A stretch of 63,222 nt of DNA, counting the filler, from Octopus bimaculoides (Eukaryota), in NCBI RefSeq assembly GCF_001194135.2. It is 7 parts of 5 records of this genome, joined end to end, with 100 filler letters (N's around TTAATTAATTAA, not from the genome) between each part and the next. Parts side by side here need not be neighbours in the genome. Positions count along the whole stretch, not along the records: positions 24,832 to 44,479 come from NC_068985.1; positions 44,580 to 52,998 come from NC_068998.1; 5 more parts are not named here. The stretch is one strand, 5' to 3'. Below the pieces are notes generated by a model, which was not told the origin of the DNA, ran no database searches, and saw only the letters and a program-made list of their open reading frames with translations. The position numbers and the translations under genes were made by a program. The number at the start of each line of letters is the position of its first letter. The first letter of the stretch is position 1. This document shows, in pieces, positions 38,261-50,656 of this stretch.

Positions 38261-38580
38261 CATTATTATTATTATTTTCATCATCATTATTATTATTATT
38301 ATTATTATTCCAAGAGATTATGATGCTGTAATAGAGTCGTCGCCCCATCGTGAAATGGGAGAGAGAGAGGTGGGAGAGAGAGAGAGAGAGAGTAATTTAA
38401 ACTGGAGTGGAGTGCGGGTGGAGTGTGGATGGTTGTACTGTAGTTAAGCTATACGGCTGCAGGGCGATACCCGAAGCTAATCAAGAAAAACGACCGCGCC
38501 TTTCCTACGATGACGACGCCAGTGTTCTGAGTATCTTCACCATCATCACAACCACAACCATCACCACCAACATCAACACT

Positions 38581-38612
<32 letters not shown>

Positions 38613-38680
38613 CATCATCATCATCATCATCATCATCGTCATCGTCAACAACAACAACAACAACAACAGCAGCAACATCA
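38581..38680. repeat. (ATG)10(ATC)9 microsatellite with palindromic junction
   Basis: Perfect 52-bp palindrome 38586-38637 centred on TGATCA. Confidence 0.9.
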
Positions 38681-39986
38681 TTATCATCGTCATATCTATT
38701 TCCTTTGTCATGTTGTTGTTGGTAGTGGTGAAGTCACTGGGTGAAGTAGCAAGGGTGGTGGGTTGGTGGGTGGCTGTTAGTGGTATTTAGAGAGAAATCA
38801 TTATTAGTGTAGCTAATTTAGCCCTCATTAACACTGACATCATTATCCTCATCATATTCATCATAATTATTTATGATAATAAATAATGAGGTTTTCTACA
38901 TTTTGTCAGTGTTCGGGTCACTCTCTCTCTCTCTCACTCTGTCACTTTCTATCTTTCTCTTCCTCTCTCTCTCTCTCTTTCTCCTCTTCTGTGGTACACA
39001 CACAGACGCATCAACATACACACATTCATAGGTACACACACATTCATACACACATTTACACACACACAAATACACACACACACATACAATATATACACTT
39101 GCACTCACATACATACACATATGCATACATATATACTTACATACAAATAAACACATGAATACATATAACTTTACATAGATATGCCCATATACATAGATAA
39201 GTGTATGCACACGCACACACAATACACNNNNNNNNNNNNNNNNNNNNNNNNNNNNNNNNNNNNNNNNNNNNNNNNNNNNNNNNNNNNNNNNNNNNNNNNN
39301 NNNNNNNNNNNNNNNNNNNNNNNNNNNNNNNNNNNNNNNNNNNNNNNNNNNNNNNNNNNNNNNNNNNNNNNNNNNNNNNNNNNNNNNNNNNNNNNNNNNN
39401 NNNNNNNNNNNNNNNNNNNNNNNNNNNNNNNNNNNNNNNNNNNNNNNNNNNNNNNNNNNNNNNNNNNNNNNNNNNNNNNNNNNNNNNNNNNNNNNNNNNN
39501 NNNNNNNNNNNNNNNNNNNNNNNNNNNNNNNNNNNNNNNNNNNNNNNNNNNNNNNNNNNNNNNNNNNNNNNNNNNNNNNNNNNNNNNNNNNNNNNNNNNN
39601 NNNNNNNNNNNNNNNNNNNNNNNNNNNNNNNNNNNNNNNNNNNNNNNNNNNNNNNNNNNNNNNNNNNNNNNNNNNNNNNNNNNNNNNNNNNNNNNNNNNN
39701 NNNNNNNNNNNNNNNNNNNNNNNNNNNNNNNNNNNNNNNNNNNNNNNNNNNNNNNNNNNNNNNNNNNNNNNNNNNNNNNNNNNNNNNNNNNNNNNNNNNN
39801 NNNNNNNNNNNNNNNNNNNNNNNNNNNNNNNNNNNNNNNNNNNNNNNNNNNNNNNNNNNNNNNNNNNNNNNNNNNNNNNNNNNNNNNNNNNNNNNNNNNN
39901 NNNNNNNNNNNNNNNNNNNNNNNNNNNNNNNNNNNNNNNNNNNNNNNNNNNNNNNNNNNNNNNNNNNNNNNNNNNNNNCATACATA

Positions 39987-40025
<39 letters not shown>

Positions 40026-40318
40026 ACACATACACACACACAACTTGACAGACCAAACGTTCGTTTTCTTTAGCTTGTTTTCAGATAAGAAATTACGTGA
40101 AGCTGTGGCGTTCACACATTTAACCAAGGACATCAGTGTTATAATTATTATAATGAATGTAATTACTGTAATTAGTATAATTATTATAATTTAAATGAAA
40201 TATACTGACAATCAAAATTAGATTGCTAACAGTTATTTGAAGGGCAACGTTCCGTTGATTATGATATGGACAATCTTAATTGCATTAATGAATGTAATTA
40301 ACAGCGTAGGTTACATTG

Positions 40319-40523
40319 GTTTCAAATTTTGCCACAAACCCAGTAAATTTAGGGGAGGGGGTAAGCCGATTACATCGACCTCAGAGCTCAAAAAGTACTT
40401 ATTTTATCGACCCCGTAAGTATGAAAGACAAAGTCGACCTCGGCGGAATTTGAACTCAAAACGTAAAGACCGACGGAATGCTACTAAGCATTTTGCCCGG
40501 CGTGCTAACGATTCTGTCAGCTT
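40319..40523 (-). mobile_element. SINE family B
   Basis: Reverse complement of the family consensus. Older copies lie at 8395-8565 (+), 9800-9940 (-) and 28090-28250 (-). Confidence 0.85.
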
Positions 40524-41469
40524 ACAGCCTTCAATGCAGGTTATATTACGAGATGAATATGTTAAATAATAACAGAGTCCATTATATCGAACCAGGATTG
40601 TGATAGGTACTTTTTTTTATCGATCACAGTTTGATGAAAGTCACATCATAACGGTCAGGCAGCAATATATGAAGTGGGTGATGAAAGCGCTCTCCACCTT
40701 TGCTCGATCTGTCATGGAGAGCTTTCTGTCGGCCTATTTCTGGGTGACATTGGCGAACCTGCTCGTCACTTCATCTCAGTTCTCTACTTGGAAATCTTGA
40801 CCAAACCAACCCCCAAGCAATTTAATTGCCCCGTCCATCCAGCGCCTTACTGCGCTGTTGGATGACATGGACTTGCTTTTCTAGATCCCAAGATAGATGC
40901 CTAACTGACTTAAGCTAATTTTTTTCTCCCGAATGAAGCATTTCTTCGGGTGGGTCTGTAGTTGAGTTTTGTTGTTCTTTGTTGTTCTTGTGTATCTAAC
41001 TTATGTACGAATCTTTGTGTGTCTGGTCTATGTTTATATGCACGCGTGTCTAGTAAAAGTGTTAGTAGTGTGTAGTCTAAGGGTGTGTACCTGGTTTATA
41101 TACGTGTGCGTATGAATATAAGTGTATAAGTTTTGTCTATATGTGTGTAGCTTTATGTATTTATGTATCCAGTATGTGTGCATGTGTACGTGTGTATATG
41201 TGTGTTTGTATGTATGTGAAGCCTAAGCTGGAGACAAGGTGGAATTGCCAAAATTAGCGATACATGTCTGTGTCAGTCTTTAAAAACTATTTTCAAAATT
41301 CATTTTAGTTCATTAGAAAGTATGGTTGGGATAACTACTGCTGTAGCTGTTGTTGTCACTGTTGTTGTTGTTGTTGCTGTTGCTGCTACTGCTGCTGCTG
41401 CTGCTGTTACTGCTGTTACTGTCGCTGTTGTTATTACTGTTAATGCCGCCTTTGTTGCAGTTGCAAAAG

Positions 41470-41592
41470 CAGTGGTTTCCAACCTTTTCACAGTGGTTCC
41501 CAACAGCAATTCTCAACCTTTTTATTTAAATGAGTTTGCCCACAGACCCCTTTTAATATGTTTATCCTTATGTGTGTGTATATGTATGTATG

Positions 41593-41629
<37 letters not shown>

Positions 41630-41704
41630 AGTTTGAAAACGCCACTATTTAAATAAATTTTAATTTATAATTTTCTCAGAGATATTTTACATGTTTCCGT
41701 TCTT

Positions 41705-41751
<47 letters not shown>

Positions 41752-41876
41752 CATATACATGTATATATACATATATACATACATATATATATGAAATTTT
41801 GAATTTAGTTCACGGACCCCCAGTACTTCATTTGCGGACCACCAGGGGTCCGCGAGCAACAGGCAGGGAACCACTG
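41470..41876. mobile_element. hAT/Charlie-type MITE with internal microsatellite
   Basis: cagtggttcccaac (41491, with a near-duplicate at 41470) and gggaaccactg ending at 41876. Internal gcggacc/ggtccgc hairpin. Right flank cgctagag resembles the NTCTAGAN target. Confidence 0.65.
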
Positions 41877-42324
41877 CGCTAGAGTTTTCACTACTTAGCA
41901 GTCGTGTTGTTCTTTTCACCCTTGTTGGTATTGCTAATATTGATTACAATGGATTTTGACCATTATCATCATCATCATCATCATCATGATGCTCATAATC
42001 ATAATTCATTACCTTTACCATCATCAGCATTATTATTAACAACAACAACAACAACATTAGCAGAATTGCCATCAGCAGCGTCACAATCACCACTATTATC
42101 ATCGTCGTAAGCATTCCAGTCGTCATTGTTACTAGTGCATTACTGCAATCATGTCGTTCTCATCAGTGGTTATATATAAATATTTATGAATGCACGTGTA
42201 CGAATATATCCAGAAACTTGTTTCTGCGCATTGTTTCTAGTTTGCATGTAAGTATTTATGTATGCATGCGTGGTATGCAACGCACATGCATTCATGAATA
42301 CATCTATACACAAGCGCGTATATA

Positions 42325-42360
<36 letters not shown>

Positions 42361-42658
42361 NNNNNNNNNNNNNNNNNNNNNNNNNNNNNNNNNNNNNNNN
42401 NNNNNNNNNNNNNNNNNNNNNNNNNNNNNNNNNNNNNNNNNNNNNNNNNNNNNNNNNNNNNNNNNNNNNNNNNNNNNNNNNNNNNNNNNNNNNNNNNNNN
42501 NNNNNNNNNNNNNNNNNNNNNNNNNNNNNNNNNNNNNNNNNNNNNNNNNNNNNNNNNNNNNNNNNNNNNNNGTAGTTTGGAATCAGTAGTTCTTTGACTG
42601 CTATTTCTAAATTTTCAGTATGTTGGAGAAGCAACTCAATTGCTAATCCCTGTATATT

Positions 42659-42730
<72 letters not shown>

Positions 42731-42733
42731 ATG

Positions 42734-42767
<34 letters not shown>

Positions 42768-43138
42768 TACATATATACACATACACAGACACATTTTATG
42801 TGTGTCTGTGCCTGTGTGTTTGTGTATATATGTATAAACGTAAACACATCCACATACACTCTACTTACATACATAATGTTCGATAAGATGTGCATGATTA
42901 CGTGTATGTGTAAATGTGGGTATGTAAAAATGTACGTATATGATACATACGTATACACTTTCGTGTATATAAGTGTAGATGCCTATGTACATATGTACAG
43001 AGAATTCTATACTTGAATATAAATGTATTTTTTTAAAAAGTACATTAAAAGTAGAACGTGTAAGAGAAAAAGAAGCCCGTAATTGACAAGTGGTGCGTAT
43101 TTATCTTTGTTTGTATGCGTGTGCGTGCGCCAGCGTGC

Positions 43139-43183
<45 letters not shown>

Positions 43184-43283
43184 NNNNNNNNNNNNNNNNN
43201 NNNNNNNNNNNNNNNNNNNNNNNNNNNNNNNNNNNNNNNNNNNNNNNNNNNNNNNNNNNNNNNNNNNNNNNNNNNNNNNNNNN

Positions 43284-43328
<45 letters not shown>

Positions 43329-43336
43329 ATATCTAT

Positions 43337-43755
43337 TTTAAATCTCTGAGTAAGAGATATACAGTAACAGTACGAAATAGTAATGTTTGTATGCCAACAG
43401 AATGTCGCAGTCTTATAAAGGACGATGTTACTATTGTTATAGCACCAGGAAAATATCTGTTCCAGCAAGTGGAGAAATTTTTTGTCACTAGCTTGAGAGT
43501 ATCTCATATTGAGGATAAGTAACCACCAAGAAACCTGAGTTTGTGACTATCACGAAAGGCTAGAGATCGGAGTAATGCCCTCCCTTGCGAATGCTGTACG
43601 GACACAAGCTGTATGTTGATAGACTGCTGAAAAAGACGTCTTCCTGGGGCTATAACAACAGTAACATTGTCCTTTATAGGACTGCCACATTCTGTTGGCA
43701 TATAAACATTACTGTTTCGTACTGTTACTGTATATCTCTCACTCAGAGATTTAAA
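43337..43755. mobile_element. MITE with ~115-bp terminal inverted repeats
   Basis: tttaaatctctgagtaagagatatacagtaacagtacgaaa...ttatagcaccaggaa is inverted at 43641-43755 with few mismatches. Confidence 0.8.
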
Positions 43756-44030
43756 ACAAGTTGTTTTTCTCTATACGAGATCGGCGACTGTACGTCGCTT
43801 AAAAAAGTATGTAGTATTTGCAAGTGGAAAAAGCTTTTGTCACTAGCTTGTGATTATCTCACGTTGAGAACAGTTAACCACCTAGAAACCCAGGCTTGTG
43901 AGCATCGCGTAAGACAAGAGATAGGAGCGATCACCTCCTTTGAGAATGCTATTCGGACACACACTGTGCGTCGATAGTCAGCTGGAAAAGGTGTTTCCTG
44001 GGGCTATAACAACAGTAGCATCAACTTTTA

Positions 44031-44327
44031 TATTAGAGGAAAAAAGACAACAAAAACAAAGGTAGTTCAAGTCATTTAGAATATCTACTTAGGGTAAGGT
44101 GAATTTGAAGTCTTACAGCTGTTTCTGCGACATCCCAAGTGATAGGCTGGCATGTCCGTACACTGGATATTCCGTCATCAAATATGGAATACCCAATACT
44201 ACCCTATCACTTGAGATATCCCAGAAACAGCGGTAAGACTACAAATTCACCTTATCCTACTTAAATATTCTAAATGATTTGAGGTGCTCGTCCTGCCTCG
44301 GTTTTTGTTGTCCTTTTCCCTCTAATA
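44031..44327. mobile_element. Fully palindromic TA-flanked MITE (Tc1/mariner-type target)
   Basis: TA|TATTAGAGG...CCTCTAATA|TA. Pairing continues along the arms (aaggtgaatttgaagtcttac / gtaagactacaaattcacctt). Confidence 0.8.
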
Positions 44328-44579
44328 TAATATATACCTTCTAACTCGGAAGCCTTATACGATCCCTAGCTCCAGCATTGGCTGTGAACTTGGAACGTAA
44401 CGGATGACCAATTATAGCACTTACTCAGCGTACTTGTTCGTTTAGATCACTAGTGAACTAAACCCCTCATATTCAATATNNNNNNNNNNNNNNNNNNNNN
44501 NNNNNNNNNNNNNNNNNNNNNNNTTAATTAATTAANNNNNNNNNNNNNNNNNNNNNNNNNNNNNNNNNNNNNNNNNNNN

Positions 44580-44614
<35 letters not shown>

Positions 44615-45057
44615 GTGAGTGTGTGAAAAAATTATACGTGTGTGTGTGTATGTGTGTTTTGTATATACGTGTGTGCGTTTACGTGTCTAATATAAATACA
44701 TACAAATTATATGAATACGTTTTTAAACATACATACACACACACAGAAGTGTGTGTGTTAATCTGAAAACGTGTATATTTGACTCTGTTTGTGTGTGTGT
44801 GTGTGTGTGTCTCCGAGTGTGTATCCACATGTGTGTATATCTATGTGTGGGTGTGTGTGTCTATGCGTGTGTGTGTGTGTGTGTGTGCGCGCATCTTTTC
44901 CCTTTGTGTTTAATAATGTTGTTGTTGTTGTTGTTGTTGTTCTATCAGTAATATACAGGAAGTGGTAATAAGGTAATGAAAACAACCAGAACAGGTAGAC
45001 TATCTATCTATCTGTTTGTGTGTGTGTGTATATATATATTTATATATATACACACAC

Positions 45058-45060
<3 letters not shown>

Positions 45061-45098
<38 letters not shown>

Positions 45099-45142
45099 GG
45101 AGGGAATGATAGACAGACAGTGAGACAGACGGACAGATAGAT

Positions 45143-45174
<32 letters not shown>

Positions 45175-45690
45175 GGCTGTCTCTACCTGTTCCGAATGGA
45201 GGAAATAAAAAAATAAACCAATAAACAAATAAAAAGTGTAGGAGGTTAACGAAGTTGAGTGAACGAAAGACAGAGAGAAGGAGCGGAGAAATAAACAGAA
45301 GGATAGTGGGAGGGAGGGAGGGAGGGAGGGAGGAAAAGACATAAGGGATAGAATTGGAGAGAGATAAAGTGGGAGAGGGAGATAGAGAGAGGATGTGAAA
45401 TGAGTGACAGGGAGGGTTTGGCGGAAGATGAAAAATGTAGAGTGTGAGAGGAAGATATGAAGAGTGAGTCGAAGAAAGAGAAAAGGTAAGAATGAATAGA
45501 GAGAGGGAGAGAGTATTTGAATGAAAGAGAGAGAGGGTGTGTGTATAGTATAGTGTAGTGATTGTGTTAAAGAGAGAGAGAGAGGAGTGTGCCCGTGCAT
45601 GTTTGTATATATGTGTAAGAGTTTGAGAAAGAGAGAGGAATTGTGTCATTGTTTGTAATAGAGAAAGAGAGAGAGAGGGAGAAGGAAGGG
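45061..45690 (+). repeat. Purine-rich (GATA/GA/GGAG) low-complexity tract
   Basis: About 630 bp that are strongly G+A biased on the + strand, 1 kb upstream of the DUSP ATG. Confidence 0.85.
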
Positions 45691-45699
45691 TGTGTGAAA

Positions 45700-46463
45700 G
45701 ATTGAATGTGTTAACGTGATTTAATAGTAAAATCTACTCTTCCTTTCCCTCCTGTAGATTGTTTTATAATTCTCTTTCTCCTCGTTCACTCCTCCTCCTC
45801 TTCCTCGACGTCTTTCCTCCTTCCCTTACTTCCGTTTCAACGTGTTGCCACTCCTACCCTCTCGTTGTCCTTTATTCGTTCACCAACGACGATATTGTAA
45901 GAGATAATAGAGAGAGGGAGTGACAGAAAACCAGCACTGCTTCGCACACATGTATGTATGTATATACGCGAATGCGTGTATGTGTATATGTATTGCATAT
46001 ACACAGATGCGTTCATAACATGACGGAAGACACACCACATAACACGTTTTCTTGCCAACCAGTCGTGTGTTAGGCTTTTAGCATTTGTGTGGTGGACTTG
46101 GAGCTGAGAGCAGGGAATTCTTTAGTCTCGCTTTGCTCGCATTTCTCTCTCTATCATTTTTTTACACTATCCACAGCTTACACACATATATATATATCTA
46201 TATATTAATGTGTATATACACTCAGCCAAACCATTATCATCATTACCACCACCACACACGCACGCAATTTTAACACTCTTGGAATTTAATTGCTTATTCT
46301 TTATAAAAGAATTAACAGACGTTTTGCTACCAGACCAGATTTATTACCAAGTCTCAAACCTGATACAAACCTAACTGCGGTTTCCTTTTCTTTCAATTTT
46401 TATATTTGTAAAATCAAATTCAGCTTTATTCACATTTTCAAAGCTTGCTTTGGAAGACAGAAC

Positions 46464-46507
<44 letters not shown>

Positions 46508-46724
46508 GCACTTTGTATTTTGTACGTTGTTACTCTAAAAAAAAAAAAGTAATTTTTAACAGTGCATATATATATTTAAATAATATATATATTTATAGAA
46601 TATATATATATATTTATTTATATATATATATATTCCCATAACATAACTCATTCTCTTCGGGATTGAGAAAAATTCAATCAAGATTCATTTCCTTGTGAAG
46701 AGTCCCTCCAAGACATTGTCCAAG
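45700..46724 (+). promoter_or_regulatory. Putative promoter/5'UTR region of the DUSP gene
   Basis: Transposon-free interval directly upstream of the ATG. It contains a CT-rich tract (45740-45835), a GACGTC CRE-like site near 45806 and TGACGGAAG (CRE half-site overlapping an ETS core) at 46021-46029. There is no transcript evidence. Confidence 0.35.
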
Positions 46725-47085
46725 ATGGACATAACTGTACACATATCACCCCGCGACCTGTCCGAAATAATAACCACCAATGAGAACACCTTATTACTCG
46801 ACTGTCGACCGTTTCTGTCGTTTAATGAAGGCCACATCATCACCGCCCGAAATATCCACTGTCCACCGATATTAAAACGTCGGTCGGGAGGATTTATTTC
46901 ACTGGAGAATATAGTGCCGGACGAAACTAAGCGATTACACTTGACCAGTGGCCACTACACATCTGTTGTATTGTATGATCAGGACACAAACACACTGGCT
47001 GATGTCAGCAACGACACGAACCTCTATTTGGTATTTAAGAGCCTCAGTCAGCAAGTTCAAAACGTGGACATTTTTTACTTAAGTG
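46725..47085 (+). CDS. DUSP1: First coding exon of a dual-specificity MAP-kinase phosphatase (DUSP1/2/4/5 group): rhodanese/Cdc25-homology domain plus kinase-interaction motif
   Basis: ATG at 46725 opens MDITVHISPRDLSEIITTNENTLLLDCRPFLSFNEGHIITARNIHCPPILKRRSGGFISLENIVPDE...YTSVVLYD...VDIFYLS(G). This aligns by eye with human DUSP1 LLLDCRSFFAFNAGHIAGSVNV...IVRRRAKG...LEHIVP...YHAVVLLD...QVFFLK(G). The exon ends AGT G|gtaagt, a consensus phase-1 donor at 47086. The symbol labels the paralog group and does not imply 1:1 orthology. Confidence 0.93.
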
Positions 47086-47344
47086 GTAAGTAAACACAAA
47101 TATATTTCTCTGTACTGTTGTTGTTGTGTAGATCCGACTAGTCGTGGTCATCTCGACTTTCTGGAGGGATATCTACGACTGTTGTAGTATCTTATGTTGC
47201 TCCTTTCAAAAAAAGCATTGCATGATTTGAGAGGGATTTAGCTGCTATGTCTAGTAGAAGGAGAGAGAGCACAGTGACTCCGTGTGTGTGCTACCAACCA
47301 AATACAACAGCCTTGTTTATATTTCATGTCGTCGCTTTGCGTGT

Positions 47345-47890
47345 GTTCTGAGTTCAAATTGCGCTGTGGTCACGTTTCTTTAATCCATCTAGGGGTCGAC
47401 ACAATAAAAGTACCAGTCCTTATCGGTATGTTGCCTCTTCTTCCAAATTCGTGCCCCAGTTTGACCGCAGCTTTTAGGCTGAAACACGTAAAAGAACAAT
47501 TCCTCCCACACCATTCAAAACCATTCTTGCGCGTGTGTGTCAACGAACAAGTGATGATGGAATATATATAAATATATATACACACGCACGCACATACACA
47601 CCTTTTTACGGATACAAATCACTATATACAAGGATTGTGTGAACATACATATACACAATATATATACATGTGTGTATAAGTATATATGTACACAAACACC
47701 ACACAAATGCAATGTGTATTTGATATCCCTAAACTATAATAATAATAATGATGATGATTTGAAATTTTGGCACAAGACCAGCAAATTCAGGGAAGGGAGT
47801 ACGTCGATTACATCGACCCCAGTATCCAACTGGTACCTATTTTATCGACCCCGAAAGGATACAGGCCAAAGTCGACCTCGGCAGAGATTT
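47345..47890. mobile_element. Two partial SINE B copies in opposite orientation (47345-47480 +, 47758-47890 -)
   Basis: ttctgagttcaaattgcgctgtggtc..ggggtcgacacaataaaagtaccag versus ctggtacctattttatcgaccccgaaaggat..gtcgacctcggc. Confidence 0.75.
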
Positions 47891-48403
47891 GTAAAAAAAT
47901 AATAACAACAATAATTGTAATAACTAGAATAGTAGGATGTCACCATTCACGTTTATTTCGCTGGCTTAGTTTTTAATTCCCACAGTTAAAATGCAAGACC
48001 GGTCTGTATTTAAGATATAAGACAGGTCTTTATTTGTTTACTACTATTACCAAAGGCAGTGGTGGGGGTACACAATTACTATGAAACAGTATTTGTTATA
48101 TATATATTTTTTTCTTTTGATTCCCCCCCCCCCATCGTCATTGATTTTTATTGTTGTTGATGTGCAGCAGAACGATGTTGACACTGTTCATTTGTTTGTT
48201 GTTTGTTGTTATTTTTTGTTTTGTTTTGTTTTTTTCCCGCCGTGATAGCCATGGCAGGGTTTAAACATGAAAGAAATTTTCATAGGGGATTAAAATAAAT
48301 AAATATGAATATATGAATGAAGACGTTCTGGGAAATGCGTGCACAAACAACACGCGCATCTGCAGTCTGTAATATATATATACAGCATGTTATATACGTG
48401 TGT

Positions 48404-48437
<34 letters not shown>

Positions 48438-48517
48438 AATTTTATTTTAACAATTCATGATCATATTAGTGTCTTTTCTATACACGACCAATGCATCTTA
48501 TTGCACTGTATTCATAA

Positions 48518-48598
<81 letters not shown>

Positions 48599-50313
48599 TT
48601 AATGTGTGTGTGTTTGTGTGTATGCAGTTGCGATTCTAAGATGAAACCATTTCATCTATTGAAGAATTTTCTCTTGAACATTCCCAAACGACGGCGATGA
48701 GGGGGCGTATAGGTTTTCNNNNNNNNNNNNNNNNNNNNNNNNNNNNNNNNNNNNNNNNNNNNNNNNNNNNNNNNNNNNNNNNNNNNNNNNNNNNNNNNNN
48801 NNNNNNNNNNNNNNNNNNNNNNNNNNNNNNNNNNNNNNNNNNNNNNNNNNNNNNNNNNNNNNNNNNNNNNNNNNNNNNNNNNNNNNNNNNNNNNNNNNNN
48901 NNNNNNNNNNNNNNNNNNNNNNNNNNNNNNNNNNNNNNNNNNNNNNNNNNNNNNNNNNNNNNNNNNNNNNNNNNNNNNNNNNNNNNNNNNNNNNNNTACA
49001 ATTAAAAAGGTTTATTAATAAATCAACAATTAATATTTTTTACCAAGCCCATCGGTATGTAAACACCATTATCGGTGGAGAACTTATTTAAAAGTTCTTA
49101 TACATTTATAAACATAATTAAGGGATCAGCAAACATTTGCTTCACCACATACCGAAGTTCAGAAATAGCAGCTAAAAAAGCTGAGACTCCAACAGATATG
49201 TATGTATATATATATATATATGTATATATATGTATGTAAATCTCCACACGCTACGTTGGTGCTTACGAAGAATTTTATCTAAATTCTGTCTCTTCCGGTA
49301 ACAGTCTGGTCTGTCTGTCTGTCTGTGGGTGTGCTTTGATGGTTCTAGAGTTCATTATCATCTTGCCTCTAACTCAAGATTTTCATACATTTTTACTCAT
49401 TTTCTCCTTCCATCACCTCCTCCTCTCCCCCCTCTCTCTGTTCTGCTGGACTACTTACTTTACTTTACCCTGAATAAAGAAGCTGGAATGGAAGAATTTG
49501 ATCAATCCAAGCACCAACTAAATTGGTGCTGCTTACCTAATTTTATTGCACTAGTGTTTTCTTTTCTCACCCACTTATATTCTACACACACAGACATATG
49601 TGTGTGTGTGTGTGTGTGTGTGTGTTTAGAAAGAGAAAGAGAGCGAGCAGAGTTTATGAAAAACTCTGCTCAATTGGTCTTTAGGTTTCACTTCAAGTAA
49701 CGAATTCATTTCCAGGATCTTCATTCAGTTCCATTCTGAAAATTCTGGTTGCGCCTCGTTCTGGGGTTGTGGCCACAAAAACCCTGAGCGATGGCGGCTG
49801 TACAGAGGCGAAATACTTTAGGAAAAAAAAGCTTAATAGAAGAATATTTCACATAGTTAATATGTGAGAACTACAAGATTTATATCAAATAATAATGATG
49901 ATAATCAATAAATAATAGTATTAATAATAATAATAGTAATCGTAAACTGCAGCAGTAATGACAATATTGAGCAGAACACGCATATACATAGAGAGGGAAA
50001 GTGTAGGCTTCTGGGTCAACAACCCACAAGCAACCCCCTGGGTATTCCCTTTATATCTAATGCAAGTGCCTTCTTACCGCCAACCTACGCTCTAGTTTTA
50101 CTGCTCTACTAATGCAAGTGAAGGATGTCGGAATGCCTGCGGAAGGAAACTAGACACCACTATTGGGGCTTTATGAATGGTGGAAGACGCGGTGAGAATG
50201 TGTTTCATTTGCCAATACAACAGTGAAGGTGGGGGGATGTTGCTTACTGTGGCCCTAGTATTCAACAGGTAAAATACAATGGTTTTTCAAGTAACTATTA
50301 CACATGTAACACT

Positions 50314-50415
<102 letters not shown>

Positions 50416-50619
50416 GTTTTACATGTTTCAGCTCTAAGGTTTGCGCCCATACTGTTCCAATCAGCTGAGATTATCTAAGCTATGATTGACAAAAACTTCC
50501 GTTAATTTTGCTCTAAAACCTAAAATGAAAAGCAATTATGGGAGACAACTCCAATGAGATCAGTTGATGGAAGTTTTTTTGGACAATACAATGTAGATTA
50601 GAGTAGATAAGTCAAATGA

Positions 50620-50656
50620 TGTAATGCGTTTCGATCTTATTTAGACCTCCTCAGCG
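50620..50656 (-). ncRNA. Minimal hammerhead core, probably a decayed Penelope-type relic
   Basis: Minus strand reads CTGAGGA-GGTCT-aaata-AGATC-GAAAC-GCATT. The core and stem II are canonical. Stem III looks like CpG-decayed AACGCGTT. Stem I is not evident. Confidence 0.45.

Noticed and set aside
40650-40900. GC-richer segment with Cys-containing short ORFs (LCSICHGE...)
   Set aside because: No complete zinc-finger spacing, no splice context and stops in all frames. Probably an old retroelement fragment that I cannot classify.
46695-46724. N-terminal extension from GTG in the ORF track
   Set aside because: This is a eukaryotic gene. The first in-frame ATG at 46725 matches the expected start of the rhodanese domain.
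49716-49870. Acceptor tttccag followed by an open phase-1 frame
   Set aside because: GSSFSSILKILV... does not resemble the end of the rhodanese domain.
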